From Clostridia bacterium (GTDB lineage Bacteria > Bacillota > Clostridia > JAQVDB01): a DNA stretch of 61,197 bases. Location: assembly GCA_028698525.1 (NCBI GenBank), contig JAQVDB010000001.1:1-61197 (forward strand), written 5' to 3'. Of this stretch, positions 49,401-57,563 are shown piece by piece. The notes under the pieces are model-generated. The model did no database searches and was not told the DNA's origin. It saw nothing but the letters and a program-made list of their open reading frames with translations. Position numbers and translations under genes: made by a program. The first letter of the stretch is position 1. Each line of letters opens with the position of its first letter.

Positions 49401-52207
49401 ATCAAATATGACTGATAAGGCAGAAAAATTATACTCAATATAACTTGAATCAGAACATTTTTAATATCAGAAAAAACTTCTGATACTAATTCGAAAAATC
49501 CCATCCTGTTTTCTTTAACCTTCATTGCGTTTAACATTCCGCTAAAAATAGGCATTGCCACAGTAACCAATGCAAAGATAACCCAAACATATGGTGATCC
49601 TGGAAGCAAAACAATGCCTAATATGATAAGCAAAGCCAATGTAGGGGATAGTAAGCTCCTTCTTAGATTATCCGTTATCTTCCATTTGCTTATCGTGTTT
49701 ATTGGATTTCTTATTTTTTTCCCTTTTTCGTCCCTTACCCACCTTGAAAGCCAAGGTAAAACCTGCCAGTCGCCTCTTACCCATCTATGTAAACGCATTG
49801 AATAAGAGTTATACTTTGAAGGATATCCATCCACCAACTCTATATCGCTTACCAAAGCCGTCCTTGCATAAGAACCTTCCAGCAAATCATGACTCAATAT
49901 AGCATTTTCAGGCAATTTACCATCCAATACTGTTTGAAATACATCAATATCATAGATGCCTTTCCCTGTGAATATTCCTTCGCAAAAAAGGTCCTGATAC
50001 ACATCTGAAACTGCAGTAGTATAAGGGTCAACACCCGCCTGTTCCGAATATATTTTAGAGAAATTTGTACTATAGGCGTTTGTAATGGATATGCTTATCC
50101 TAGGTTGTAAAATGCCATATCCATCAATAACCCTGGTTGATTCATCGTTCAAAACAGGTCTATTTAATATATGTGCGCATGTTCCAATCAATATCTTTGC
50201 AGTCTCTCCGGGTAATTGTGTGTCTGAGTCTAGAGTTATGATGTATTTTATCTTAGGAAGCTTCTCTATATCACCGCTCTTGATTGTATAGGTTGTAGTA
50301 TTATCACCTCTCATCAATCGGTTGAACTCTATCAACTTGCCTCGTTTCCTCTCCCAGCCCATCCAGATATTTTCTGAATCATTCCATAGCCTTTCTCTAT
50401 GGAACAAATAAAATATATCTTTATCGTCTTTAGCATATTTATCATTAAGCCTTTTTATTTGACTCATGGCCGTGTCTATTATCTTTTGATCAGCAGCCAT
50501 ATCTTTGCACGGAGCATCTAAATAGTCTCCCAGAATAGCAAAAAATAAATTATCCTCTCTATTTGATAAGTAATAAGTTTCCATCTGTCCCATAAGTTCT
50601 AATGTCCTATTTCTATCAGACAGCAAAGTAGGTATAACTACCATTGTAGCCAGCTCTTCGGGTATTCCATCCTTCAATTCCAACTTAGGCAAAAAACAAG
50701 GTTGACATATAGAGGTTACAAGCCAATTTATCAGTTTCACCCCAATATCACTGGCAGGTATCAAACATACTATAGCAGCAATTACAACCAATATATTATT
50801 ACCTACATTATTTTTATAGGCATAGTCTGCCATAATAAAAGTTATAAAACTGGTAAGTAAAAGTATAGATAATACATATATGATGTCCATATGTTTAGAA
50901 AAACTTCTCCAAACTCTGACTGGCCATATCGGTAAATATCCGATAGCTGACTCTAGTATTTCTCTACCATCACCTATAATATAATACCCTACATGCCCTC
51001 GCCCATTTTCTATGTCTTGGTGTTCATGGGCTGATGCAGCACATTCTATAGCTTTTCTAGCCAATTGTATTTCAGAAACCCCGGCCTTCTTAGATATCTT
51101 CTCCAAATTACTCCTGTAATAATTGCGACTCTCAAAATCCATGTTGGAATAAATTCCATCAGGATCTTTACATAATATCTTTTCCACTGTACTAAACTTT
51201 TCAAAATATTTATGCCAATCTATAGAATCTAAAAATCTTAGACTGGTAATTGAATTTCCTATAGAAATCTGATCTTCTGTCTGTTTTTTGTGTTCCGACT
51301 TTATTATATATTCGGCTGATATACCCTGATCAGTCAGTTTATCATACAACCATTCTAATATCGGGGCTGCTTCCGATCCCTCATCCCTCAGATGCTGAAG
51401 CAGTCTTTCAACAAAAGCAGAATCCAGCTTTTTTATATCTCTTACATGTTGTTCAATGGAAATTTTTAATTTGTGTTCATCATCGCCTGCATTGTTGAGT
51501 ATTGTATCTATCAGCTCATCTGCAATTCTTTTCTGGTCCTGCATTTTAGCTATTCTATCAGATATTACCTTTATGTTTTGCACCAAAGCTATCCTAATCA
51601 TAATGGCAAAAGCCCATATTTCACTGCTTATAAGCACATTTTCCTGTTGATAAGAATTTATAAAACAGGATAGGATGTCATCATCTATATGTCCATCAGT
51701 ATGAGAGACAATTTCAGTAGCTATAGCATATACCCTAGGATATCCTCTGAAAGGACCAGATACTAATTTGGGCAGTTCTTTGTAATAATGTTGCGACAGA
51801 CTCTGCTCTATATGGTTTACCTGTTCTTCAATGACATAGAAATTATCTAAAAACCATTCTGCTGCAGGAACTATATATTTCTCATTTTTAACATCTTTAT
51901 TGATATGCCTGTATGTATTTATAAGGACCTTCTTCAGGCTGGATATCTTCTTTAAAAGATTAACCTTAGTCCTTATATTTTTAGATACTTTGTGCTTTTG
52001 ACCCAATTGCCTTGCATGAACCTGTAGCTCATCCAGGTTTAGCTGTATATCTTTAATAGATTGCTCTATACTATTTTCATATATTATATTCTTTCTAGTG
52101 TTTATATAATTAAATATAAATAGGAACATCGCAAAAACTGCTAATAAAACAACAAGAATTATGTATAACATAATCCATCTCCATTTCTGCATTTTTGTAG
52201 TAGTCAA
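43454..52207 (-). CDS. cyclic beta-1,2-glucan synthase homolog (TM + GT84 glycosyltransferase + cyclization domain + GH94 phosphorylase)
   Basis: 2917 aa. VVIPTLLSD, ITLDSDTQLPG and RLHRWVRGDWQ (processive GT motifs) lie at about aa 520-805. About 7 TM helices. The C-terminal third carries GH94-like YGFRDQLQD and GSGDWNDGMN. Length and domain order match Cgs/ChvB/NdvB. The start is uncertain: TTG 52207, ATG 52192, or ATG 52171 with RBS GGAGATGG. Confidence 0.85.
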   Translation of the reverse strand: MTTTKMQKWRWIMLYIILVVLLAVFAMFLFIFNYINTRKNIIYENSIEQSIKDIQLNLDELQVHARQLGQKHKVSKNIRTKVNLLKKISSLKKVLINTYRHINKDVKNEKYIVPAAEWFLDNFYVIEEQVNHIEQSLSQHYYKELPKLVSGPFRGYPRVYAIATEIVSHTDGHIDDDILSCFINSYQQENVLISSEIWAFAIMIRIALVQNIKVISDRIAKMQDQKRIADELIDTILNNAGDDEHKLKISIEQHVRDIKKLDSAFVERLLQHLRDEGSEAAPILEWLYDKLTDQGISAEYIIKSEHKKQTEDQISIGNSITSLRFLDSIDWHKYFEKFSTVEKILCKDPDGIYSNMDFESRNYYRSNLEKISKKAGVSEIQLARKAIECAASAHEHQDIENGRGHVGYYIIGDGREILESAIGYLPIWPVRVWRSFSKHMDIIYVLSILLLTSFITFIMADYAYKNNVGNNILVVIAAIVCLIPASDIGVKLINWLVTSICQPCFLPKLELKDGIPEELATMVVIPTLLSDRNRTLELMGQMETYYLSNREDNLFFAILGDYLDAPCKDMAADQKIIDTAMSQIKRLNDKYAKDDKDIFYLFHRERLWNDSENIWMGWERKRGKLIEFNRLMRGDNTTTYTIKSGDIEKLPKIKYIITLDSDTQLPGETAKILIGTCAHILNRPVLNDESTRVIDGYGILQPRISISITNAYSTNFSKIYSEQAGVDPYTTAVSDVYQDLFCEGIFTGKGIYDIDVFQTVLDGKLPENAILSHDLLEGSYARTALVSDIELVDGYPSKYNSYSMRLHRWVRGDWQVLPWLSRWVRDEKGKKIRNPINTISKWKITDNLRRSLLSPTLALLIILGIVLLPGSPYVWVIFALVTVAMPIFSGMLNAMKVKENRMGFFELVSEVFSDIKNVLIQVILSIIFLPYQSYLMVDAIIRTIGRLYFTKKNMLEWQTAADAERKLKNDLPSFIYKMWPAQIINAIFLVLAYFSGGHKFQVALPISVLWAVSPYIAYWISQPLKEQEVRQLNKEEVELVRRLSRKTWRYFEDFVGEQDNWLPPDNYQEYPNVGVAHRTSPTNIGLWLTSILSARDMGYINTTKMVELLENTFNTLGKLKRWRGHFYNWYDTVSIEPMRPFYISTVDSGNLVGYLIVLKNALKEYMDKPLLDDSLIKGIQDAEMILAHQSDDQSFDHTISWDFLKREGKSIGDWYQYLEDLDHHYRTIDVQGNSQIWKDKILESIDAIKQEIDLFFNWINEIEQLPMELIEAKAILEDLSKQTSLNIISEDLECAIQKIEEYEEQKKDLVPFKDGLKLSLGRAKRIRQHMNAIIGKIEAIVESTDFRSLYNGERQLFSIGYNLENEQLTDSYYDLLASEARQASYIAIAKGDISLKHWFRLNRPITKSGKHKALVSWSGTMFEYLMPLLVMKNYKYTLLDETYNSTVFFQKKYSSARKVPWGISESAFYAFDMYMNYQYRAFGIPKLGFKHGLIDDLVITPYATVLALMVNAPMACENLKLLIEQGMEGEYGLYEAIDYTKERIRKGRDKEIVKSYMVHHHGMIFLALNNYFNSNTTQNRFHSEPMIKAQELLLQEKIPDIDTFTKQYQEDSIDIEKIHQEDVWVNRRFKTPYTIFPEAHILSNGKYMTMITNSGAGFSAYQDTAVSRWREDSTRDNWGSFIYIQNLNSNSVWSATVQPFGYKPERYRVNFYSDKVEFFRKDGNIDTKTEIIVCPQSNVEIRRVTLTNHSEYSRVFDVTSYFEVVLSTFDADNAHPAFNKLFVKTEYMQEGEILLANRRPKSDAEESVWLAHTLVLDGSGIGDVSYETDREKFIGRGRTLENPISMEPERPLSNTAGVVVDPVMSMRQRLKIESGGTAKISFITAVEEKKGKVIETIRNYKNPAAVQRSFEMAWTRSQIEMHYLGISSNQASSYQRLGARIMYMTPEIRARAEYIKKNIKAQPALWAYGISGDLPIMVIRVSSTEDITMVKKFLLAHEYLRMKGLKYDLVILNEHGSSYEQPVQERLMDILNTSHARELLDKDGGVFLRQIEHIEKEDLNLLLSIARVVYSADAATLTQHLKSKMLDKKLPEKLKPKKEKRAYNVTVIDRPKLVYYNGLGGFSEDGKEYVIILEKDKNTPSPWSNVISNPSFGCVVTESGLGYTWADNSRQNRITPWNNDPVSDQAGEVVYIRDEDTGQVWTVTPLPIRDKEQYTIRHGQGYTVYKHTCYGISHEKTVFVAENDPVKICSIKMSNISGETRSISLTYYAELVMGVNRSDNPQFITTEFDNDYKVLMVTNRYNEDFKDKISFLNVQHGGEISYTGDRSEFIGRNRNIRNPSAMSRIRLSGRCGPGYDPCAALQTKVDLKPGEVKEVIFLLGEAKDKEQIRRLVKHYNASNSAEELSKIRQKWSDYLSKVHINTPDESMNILINNWLLYQVISCRLWTRSAFYQSGGAYGFRDQLQDVMSLIYASPDAIREHILMCAAHQFIEGDVQHWWHSEQNKGVRTKISDDLLWLPFVVVDYIDTSGDYSILDEQAPYLECEPLEPEQSEIYTIPFISEQKGSIYQHCIKAIERSLEVGPHGLPLIGSGDWNDGMNNVGVNGLGESVWLGWFLYITLRDFSRLCVKKGDVERAQRYQDIAQKLIQNIEEKAWDGGWYRRAYFDDGTPLGSEENSECKIDGIVQSWAVMSDAAKPSRTREAMRAVEHYLIKKENGMILLFTPPFDTSPLEPGYIKGYVPGVRENGGQYTHGAVWTVLAYAHLGDGDKAGELYNMLNPINHSRTIIEHSRYKVEPYVMAADVYATEQQQGRGGWTWYTGSASWMYRAGVEWIAGLKKRGNAMIIDPCIPKHWKEYDIKYRYKNSVYNIHVTNDQGVCRGIKEMYIDGQPQPDNTINLYDDGKEHHVKVIMGDDGNRE

Positions 52208-52295
52208 GCTCTAATATAATTATTTGCTTAACATTAACTCATAATGCATCCAAATAGTGGAAACAACACTAACTGATTAAATTTGTAATCAAGCA

Positions 52296-52335
52296 TAAAA
52301 AAAGCGAACTTTAAAAAATAAAGTTCGCTTTTTTA
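52296..52335. terminator. terminator after yjbQ-like gene (bidirectional form)
   Basis: Stem AGCGAACTT/AAGTTCGCT flanked by an A-run and a T-run. It separates yjbQ from the glucan synthase gene. Confidence 0.75.
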
Positions 52336-52345
52336 TTTAATGTAG

Positions 52346-52762
52346 CTATTCCCCTATAATTTTTACAAGGACCCTCTTCCTCCTCTTTCCATCAAACTCT
52401 CCATAAAAGATCTGTTCCCAGGGCCCAAAATCCAACTTACCTTCTGTTACAGCAACCACCACTTCTCTGCCCATTATTGTCCTTTTTAGATGGGCATCCG
52501 CATTATCCTCAAACCCATTGTGATCATATTGATCATATGGTTTTTCCGGTGCCAATTTTTCCAGAAAACGTTCAAAGTCTCTATGTAGCCCTGATTCGTC
52601 ATCATTGATAAATACACTTGCAGTTATATGCATGGCATTGCACAATAACAACCCTTCCTTTATGCCGCTCTCTTGGAGGCAATTTTCAATTTCAGGAGTT
52701 ATATTTATAAACTCCCTCCTCTTGCTAGTGCTAAACCATAGTTCTTTTCTATAACTTTTCAT
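52346..52762 (-). CDS. YjbQ/UPF0047 family protein (secondary thiamine-phosphate synthase-like)
   Basis: 138 aa, with the FINITPEI...[21 protein letters not shown]...HLKRTIMG pattern of UPF0047. Confidence 0.75.
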   Translation of the reverse strand: MKSYRKELWFSTSKRREFINITPEIENCLQESGIKEGLLLCNAMHITASVFINDDESGLHRDFERFLEKLAPEKPYDQYDHNGFEDNADAHLKRTIMGREVVVAVTEGKLDFGPWEQIFYGEFDGKRRKRVLVKIIGE

Positions 52763-53047
52763 TCAAAGCACCTCCATATATTTATTTTATATACATTTAA
52801 TCCTTTCATTAGGTACCAACATCTGAAAAACATATTTTAATTATATTATATGAAAACTAGATCAAAAATCAAATTGACTATGCTTTAACTTTAATATTAT
52901 GGTAAATAAGATAATATCAAATACCATATCCTTTTGAGCTGTATTAACTTCTAAATTCTGGTTAATAATAAATAAAGCTGTTACCCTAAATTCTATTTTC
53001 TGATATAATGTAAACAGCCTATTTGATAATTAGGAGGAAACAATTCG

Positions 53048-54685
53048 ATGGCAAAAAAATCATTCTTAAAAGGAGCTTTTATATTAGCTGCAGCAGGAAT
53101 AATATCAAAAATCATAGGGGTTGCGTTTAGGATACCTCTAGCCAATATACTGGGTGGGGAAGGTATAGGCCTTTATCAGATGGCATATCCCTTTTATGTT
53201 GCCCTATTGATGCTCAATATTTCCGGGTTGCCCACAGCTATAGCAAAACTAGTATCAGAAAATATCGCTTTAAATAAAAATAGAGAAGCACACAGAGTTT
53301 TTAAGGTATCATTTAAACTTCTGACATTGTTAGGATTAATTGGGTCAGTGCTGTTAATCGGTATTATCGCCCCATTATATTGTATTTATATAGGAAGTTG
53401 GAAACCCCTTTATCCGATAATGGGTATGGGGCCTGCTTTATTCTTTGTTTCCACAATGTCTGCATATAGGGGATATTTTCAGGGAATGCAAATAATGACT
53501 CCCACCGCTATTTCACAAATAACCGAACAGATTGGAAAAGTTATATTTGGTCTGCTTTTAGCATATATTATGCTGCCAAAAGGTCCAGAATTTGGTGCTA
53601 CAGGAGCTGTAATAGGTATAATAATAAGTGAGTTTCTCGCACTGGTAGTATTGATTATAATATACAACAAAAAAAGAAATGAAATATATAAAAACATAAA
53701 TAAAAATGACAGAACTTCCTATCGTGAAGAGACAAAAACAATTATATATAACCTTTTAAAAATTGCTATACCGATTACTTTAGGGGGAGCGATCATGCCA
53801 TTGGTAAACATCATCGATCTGATGGTAATCCCAAAAAGGCTGCTTTCAATAGGATATAGTCAGAAAACAGCAACTACATTATATGGATTTTTAACCGGAT
53901 ATGCAAACACTTTGATAAACTTTCCTCCGGTATTTACCATCGCTTTAGGCGTCAGCCTGGTACCTGCTATATCTGAGGCAAATGTACTCAAAGATTATGA
54001 TAGCCTTCAGGACAGAACAGAGAAAGGTACAAGAATAGCAGTATTATTTGCCATACCTGCAGCTTTAGGGCTTTTTGTATTGGCTGAACCAATACTGACT
54101 CTGCTTTACAGCAGGGCATTTGAGATTGAAAAAGCGGTAGAGAATCCTCTTTTAATAAACACCAAACTGCTAAAATACCTCTCTTTAGGAGTGATATTCT
54201 TATGCATAGCGCAAACTCTTACAGCCATCCTTCAGGGAGTGGGAAAAGTTTTAAATCCCGTGAAAAATCTAGCTGTCGGCGGAGCTGCAAAAATAATCAT
54301 AAATTACATACTGGTAGGCATCCCTTCACTTAATATAAACGGGGCTGCAATTGGTACTGTAGTGTGTTATTTCGTTTACGCCCTATTGAATTTTATAGAT
54401 GTAGCAAAAAGCATAAATATCAAATTTAATTTGGTGAATTTGATAATAAAGCCACTTATTTCTGCTTTTATAATGACATTGGGAGTTATTTATTCTTACA
54501 AATTATTCTTCAACACGTTGAATAGCAATACAATGGCCACTATATTATCTATAGTAATAGGAATAATTATTTATATATTATTACTACCTATAATAGGAGC
54601 AATAACTAGAGAAGACTTTGAATTTATGCCTCAAGGGGATAAACTATTGAAATTATTTAATTCTATCGGATTGCTTAAAAAATGA
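53048..54685 (+). CDS. SpoVB-like MOP-superfamily flippase (stage V sporulation protein B / polysaccharide biosynthesis protein)
   Basis: 545 aa, 14 predicted TM helices. The N-terminus FLKGAFILAAAGIISKIIGVAFRIPLANILGGEGIGLYQMAYPFY closely parallels SpoVB/YkvU. RBS AGGAGG. Confidence 0.75.
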   Translation: MAKKSFLKGAFILAAAGIISKIIGVAFRIPLANILGGEGIGLYQMAYPFYVALLMLNISGLPTAIAKLVSENIALNKNREAHRVFKVSFKLLTLLGLIGSVLLIGIIAPLYCIYIGSWKPLYPIMGMGPALFFVSTMSAYRGYFQGMQIMTPTAISQITEQIGKVIFGLLLAYIMLPKGPEFGATGAVIGIIISEFLALVVLIIIYNKKRNEIYKNINKNDRTSYREETKTIIYNLLKIAIPITLGGAIMPLVNIIDLMVIPKRLLSIGYSQKTATTLYGFLTGYANTLINFPPVFTIALGVSLVPAISEANVLKDYDSLQDRTEKGTRIAVLFAIPAALGLFVLAEPILTLLYSRAFEIEKAVENPLLINTKLLKYLSLGVIFLCIAQTLTAILQGVGKVLNPVKNLAVGGAAKIIINYILVGIPSLNINGAAIGTVVCYFVYALLNFIDVAKSINIKFNLVNLIIKPLISAFIMTLGVIYSYKLFFNTLNSNTMATILSIVIGIIIYILLLPIIGAITREDFEFMPQGDKLLKLFNSIGLLKK

Positions 54686-54692
54686 AAGCTAT

Positions 54693-54728
54693 AAAAACGC
54701 ACAGACTGGAAAAGCCTGTGCGTTTTTA
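54693..54728. terminator. bidirectional terminator between convergent genes
   Basis: Stem ACGCACAG/CTGTGCGT with a T-run. Confidence 0.7.
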
Positions 54729-55226
54729 TTATACTATCTCATATTCAATTCCTTTTTGCTCTTTTAAATCCACCAAATATAAATCGTTTTTGTCGGTATC
54801 CTTTTCAAATATAACCATAACCCTGCTCACTTTGTCCACAGGAATAGGAGCAAAGTGCCAAACGCCTTTACCCAAAACAGCAACCGTTCCCTGTTTTACC
54901 CTTACGGCAGAGAGTTTATCCAAATCCGGCTCTTCTTTTTCGTTATCCGCCTCTACAAGAGCAAGTATTACATCTCCTTCTAATACTACTAAGGTCTCTG
55001 ATGTGTTTAAATGACGTTCAAATTTGCTCACAGTCTTTTTGTCTTGGGGAAAACACTCTAAAAAACCATAAAAAACATTGTCGGGCAATTGATAGTTTAT
55101 CACATCCCTCCACCAATTAAAGGTGTCGTCACCGCCATCCGGTTCCCTTTCAGGCTTCTCCAGTAAAAAGCCAAATCTCTTAAAATTCTCCGGGGTAGCA
55201 TCAATTACATTCAAATTATAGCTCAT
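54729..55226 (-). CDS. ureidoglycolate lyase-like cupin protein
   Basis: 165 aa. PENFKRFGFLL...FERHLNTSETLVVLEGDVILAL...GKGVWHFAPIP follows the AllA-family pattern (F-x-x-x-G, ERH, WH). No other purine-catabolism genes are nearby. Confidence 0.45.
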   Translation of the reverse strand: MSYNLNVIDATPENFKRFGFLLEKPEREPDGGDDTFNWWRDVINYQLPDNVFYGFLECFPQDKKTVSKFERHLNTSETLVVLEGDVILALVEADNEKEEPDLDKLSAVRVKQGTVAVLGKGVWHFAPIPVDKVSRVMVIFEKDTDKNDLYLVDLKEQKGIEYEIV

Positions 55227-55439
55227 CCTCTTTCCTCCTCCTTTAAAGTTATCTTGAATTTATTATATCAGAAACATAACTCTCATATTAAGAACATATT
55301 TCCGTGTCTTGGCCCCTTGCTCTTCACGCACCCTATTGCATTCAAATTAACTTCAAACTCTATATCTCTTCTAGATTTCCCGCATATTTGCCTTCTTTAG
55401 GGATCGTTTATTACTTATAAAACTTATGCATCTATTTAA

Positions 55440-55952
55440 CTACAGCGACTTGTCTATATACGTAGGTGCACTTTTAGGCGATTTACCTTTGATTACTTCA
55501 TGATAATATTGATAAGTCATTGGCTGGACATCCTTTAAAATCTCCGCATCCACCAGTTCCCCTAAAAATAAAGTATGAGTTCCAACATCCATAGTATCAA
55601 CCACCTTAAATTCCAACCAAGCTGAACATCTTTCAGTAACTATAGGACATCCTGTAACACCTTCCTTGAATTCAGTATCCTCAAACTTATCGATATCTCT
55701 TCCCGACCTGAATCCAAACTTGCCAATAAACTTAAAATCAGCTTCTGTATTGAGTACTGATAATGAAAAACATCCGCTTTCATGGATGTACTCGTGAGTA
55801 AGATTATCCTTATTTATACTCACTGCAACAACTGCCGGCTCCGCAGTTACTTGAAAAACACAATTAGCAATCTGTCCGTTTAATTTATCTTCTTTAGCCG
55901 AGCTTACAATATACACCCCATAATTGAGTTTTGTCAAAGCATTAATCTGCAA
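55440..55952 (-). CDS. flavin reductase family protein (FMN-binding split barrel)
   Basis: 170 aa. The YGVYIVSS...NGQIANCVFQVTAEPAVVAVSINKDNLTHEYI pattern is typical of the flavin reductase-like domain. Confidence 0.65.
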   Translation of the reverse strand: MQINALTKLNYGVYIVSSAKEDKLNGQIANCVFQVTAEPAVVAVSINKDNLTHEYIHESGCFSLSVLNTEADFKFIGKFGFRSGRDIDKFEDTEFKEGVTGCPIVTERCSAWLEFKVVDTMDVGTHTLFLGELVDAEILKDVQPMTYQYYHEVIKGKSPKSAPTYIDKSL

Positions 55953-56029
55953 AATAACCTCATCCCTTTCTTTTATTTAGTCTGCTGCTACATCATTTCT
56001 ACCCTTATTTACATTTAAAAATCAATTTA

Positions 56030-56632
56030 TCAGCCAAAGATTTTTTCTAAATACTCGGGCACCTGTTTTTGTGCATCCTTATTTATCAATTTCACCTTTA
56101 TTCCAGCCCTTTCTGCTCTCCCAACAAAATCAGACGAAGTAGATGTATAAAAAGAAGTACCTACCACCAAAAGCTCATCGGCAGAACCTATCAAATCTAT
56201 AGCATCAATATATCTATATATCATGTCTCCATACAATACCACATTAGGATTGAGCAACGAATTACAATCTTCACAATAAATTGAATTATTTAGATAAGAA
56301 AAATCATACTTCTTTCTACACCTTTTACACAATAAAAAATCCAAATTACCGTGTACTTCTATCACTTGTTGGCTACCTGCTTTTTTATGAAGACCATCTA
56401 TATTCATTGTCACAACAGGAATTTTATGTCTTGCAATGGATTTATGCGCTTTGTTAGGATAGGCCTTATCAATTGTTTGTTTCATTTTTAGCATCAGCTT
56501 ATAAAATTCAACAGGATTTTCATTAAAATAACCTCTGGTTAGCTTATTTCTGATATCTCCCATTTCCTGAAATGTAGGTATCCCGCTTTCCTTGGATACC
56601 CCCGCTCCTGTAAATGCAACTATCCTTTTCAT
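56030..56632 (-). CDS. compact Sir2-family NAD-dependent deacylase
   Basis: FTGAGVSKESGIPTF, TMNIDGLH, catalytic VHG, zinc ribbon CKRC...CEDC, VVGTS. Only 200 aa. Confidence 0.8.
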   Translation of the reverse strand: MKRIVAFTGAGVSKESGIPTFQEMGDIRNKLTRGYFNENPVEFYKLMLKMKQTIDKAYPNKAHKSIARHKIPVVTMNIDGLHKKAGSQQVIEVHGNLDFLLCKRCRKKYDFSYLNNSIYCEDCNSLLNPNVVLYGDMIYRYIDAIDLIGSADELLVVGTSFYTSTSSDFVGRAERAGIKVKLINKDAQKQVPEYLEKIFG

Positions 56633-56663
56633 TCATATCATCCTTTTCAAAATCATATATAGT

Positions 56664-57536
56664 TTAATTTGATTCCAATATAACAACACCAACATTCGGC
56701 CTATTAAAAACTCTAAAAGGTATTATGGAATTGCCCAATCCCCTGCTCACATGCATAATACTTTGCCCTAGTTGATATATGCCACTGTCATATTTAGGAA
56801 ACCAAGTTATATCAGGGGATAAAAGACCTCCTTTAAAGGGGATTCTTATAACCCCGCCATGTATATGCCCTGAAAATATAATATCAGCACCCCAGTCAGC
56901 ATATGCACCCAGCCATTTAGGGTCATGGGCTAGCAATATAGTTGTATCTTTATAGTCCCGCTCACCTAAGCTGTCTCTTATAAATCCTCTATTTAATGCA
57001 CTTCCTTCCAAATATATAGTATCACTACTTGAATAATGGTATAACCTGGAGGTAAAACCATATATTTTGATATTATATCCCTTAATATTCACTTGAACCT
57101 CGGTGTTATCCAATAAACAAGCTCCTGTCTGTTCTATCCTTTTTGCAAATTCGTCATATAATTGAACGTTTCTATATCTCACCATCTGTTCATGATTCCC
57201 TAGCGAACAATAAACCGGGCAGCTGCCTGCCAAACAATCCAATAAATCTATAAAAGCTGAACCATCATCACCTTGAGAATTGATCATATCGCCTGAACAG
57301 ATTATCATATCCGGATTCTGCTTTTTTATGATATTCGCTAAACGCTTATTATTCACCCCAAAATATTTACCGTGTAAATCGCTGATATGCACTATCCTAA
57401 ATCCGCTGATCTTTTTAGGCAATCCAAGAACATTTATTCTATATCTGGATACTTTTACCCAGTTGTTTTGCAAAACTAAAAATACAGCAATTATTGACAT
57501 AAAAATTACTAGAAAAATTACAATTTTTAACTTCAT
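56664..57536 (-). CDS. membrane-anchored metallophosphoesterase (YkuE-like)
   Basis: N-terminal TM, then HISDLHG, SGDMIN, GNHE and GHIHGG calcineurin-like motifs. Confidence 0.85.
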   Translation of the reverse strand: MKLKIVIFLVIFMSIIAVFLVLQNNWVKVSRYRINVLGLPKKISGFRIVHISDLHGKYFGVNNKRLANIIKKQNPDMIICSGDMINSQGDDGSAFIDLLDCLAGSCPVYCSLGNHEQMVRYRNVQLYDEFAKRIEQTGACLLDNTEVQVNIKGYNIKIYGFTSRLYHYSSSDTIYLEGSALNRGFIRDSLGERDYKDTTILLAHDPKWLGAYADWGADIIFSGHIHGGVIRIPFKGGLLSPDITWFPKYDSGIYQLGQSIMHVSRGLGNSIIPFRVFNRPNVGVVILESN

Positions 57537-57563
57537 AATTTAGTAAGCTCCTTATAAACCCAT

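Noticed and set aside
43454-52207. The giant ORF as a polymorphic toxin, adhesin or NRPS/PKS
   Set aside because: There are no repeats, no condensation/KS/AT motifs and no secretion signal. Instead it has clear glycosyltransferase (DSD, RWxRGDWQ) and GH94 phosphorylase motifs, with the Cgs domain order.
54682-55014. 110-aa plus-strand ORF overlapping the end of the spoVB-like gene and the convergent cupin gene
   Set aside because: It reads through a bidirectional terminator and is antisense to a motif-bearing gene. Its translation is low-complexity Ser/Thr-rich.
55302-55340. Calling the GC-rich leader block a guanidine-I (ykkC) riboswitch
   Set aside because: Only short fragments resemble the consensus. 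The P1a/P1b helices and the 3' GGGA...CCCGGGAGA element are missing. It is kept only as a low-interest observation.
56030-56632. Short SIR2-domain protein as a possible anti-phage NADase (Thoeris/DSR/SIR2-HerA-like)
   Set aside because: It keeps the full sirtuin deacylase signature, including the CxxC...CxxC zinc ribbon and catalytic His. It has no fused effector or sensor domain and no partner gene (HerA, SLOG, TIR, pAgo) nearby. Its neighbours are housekeeping redox and phosphoesterase genes.
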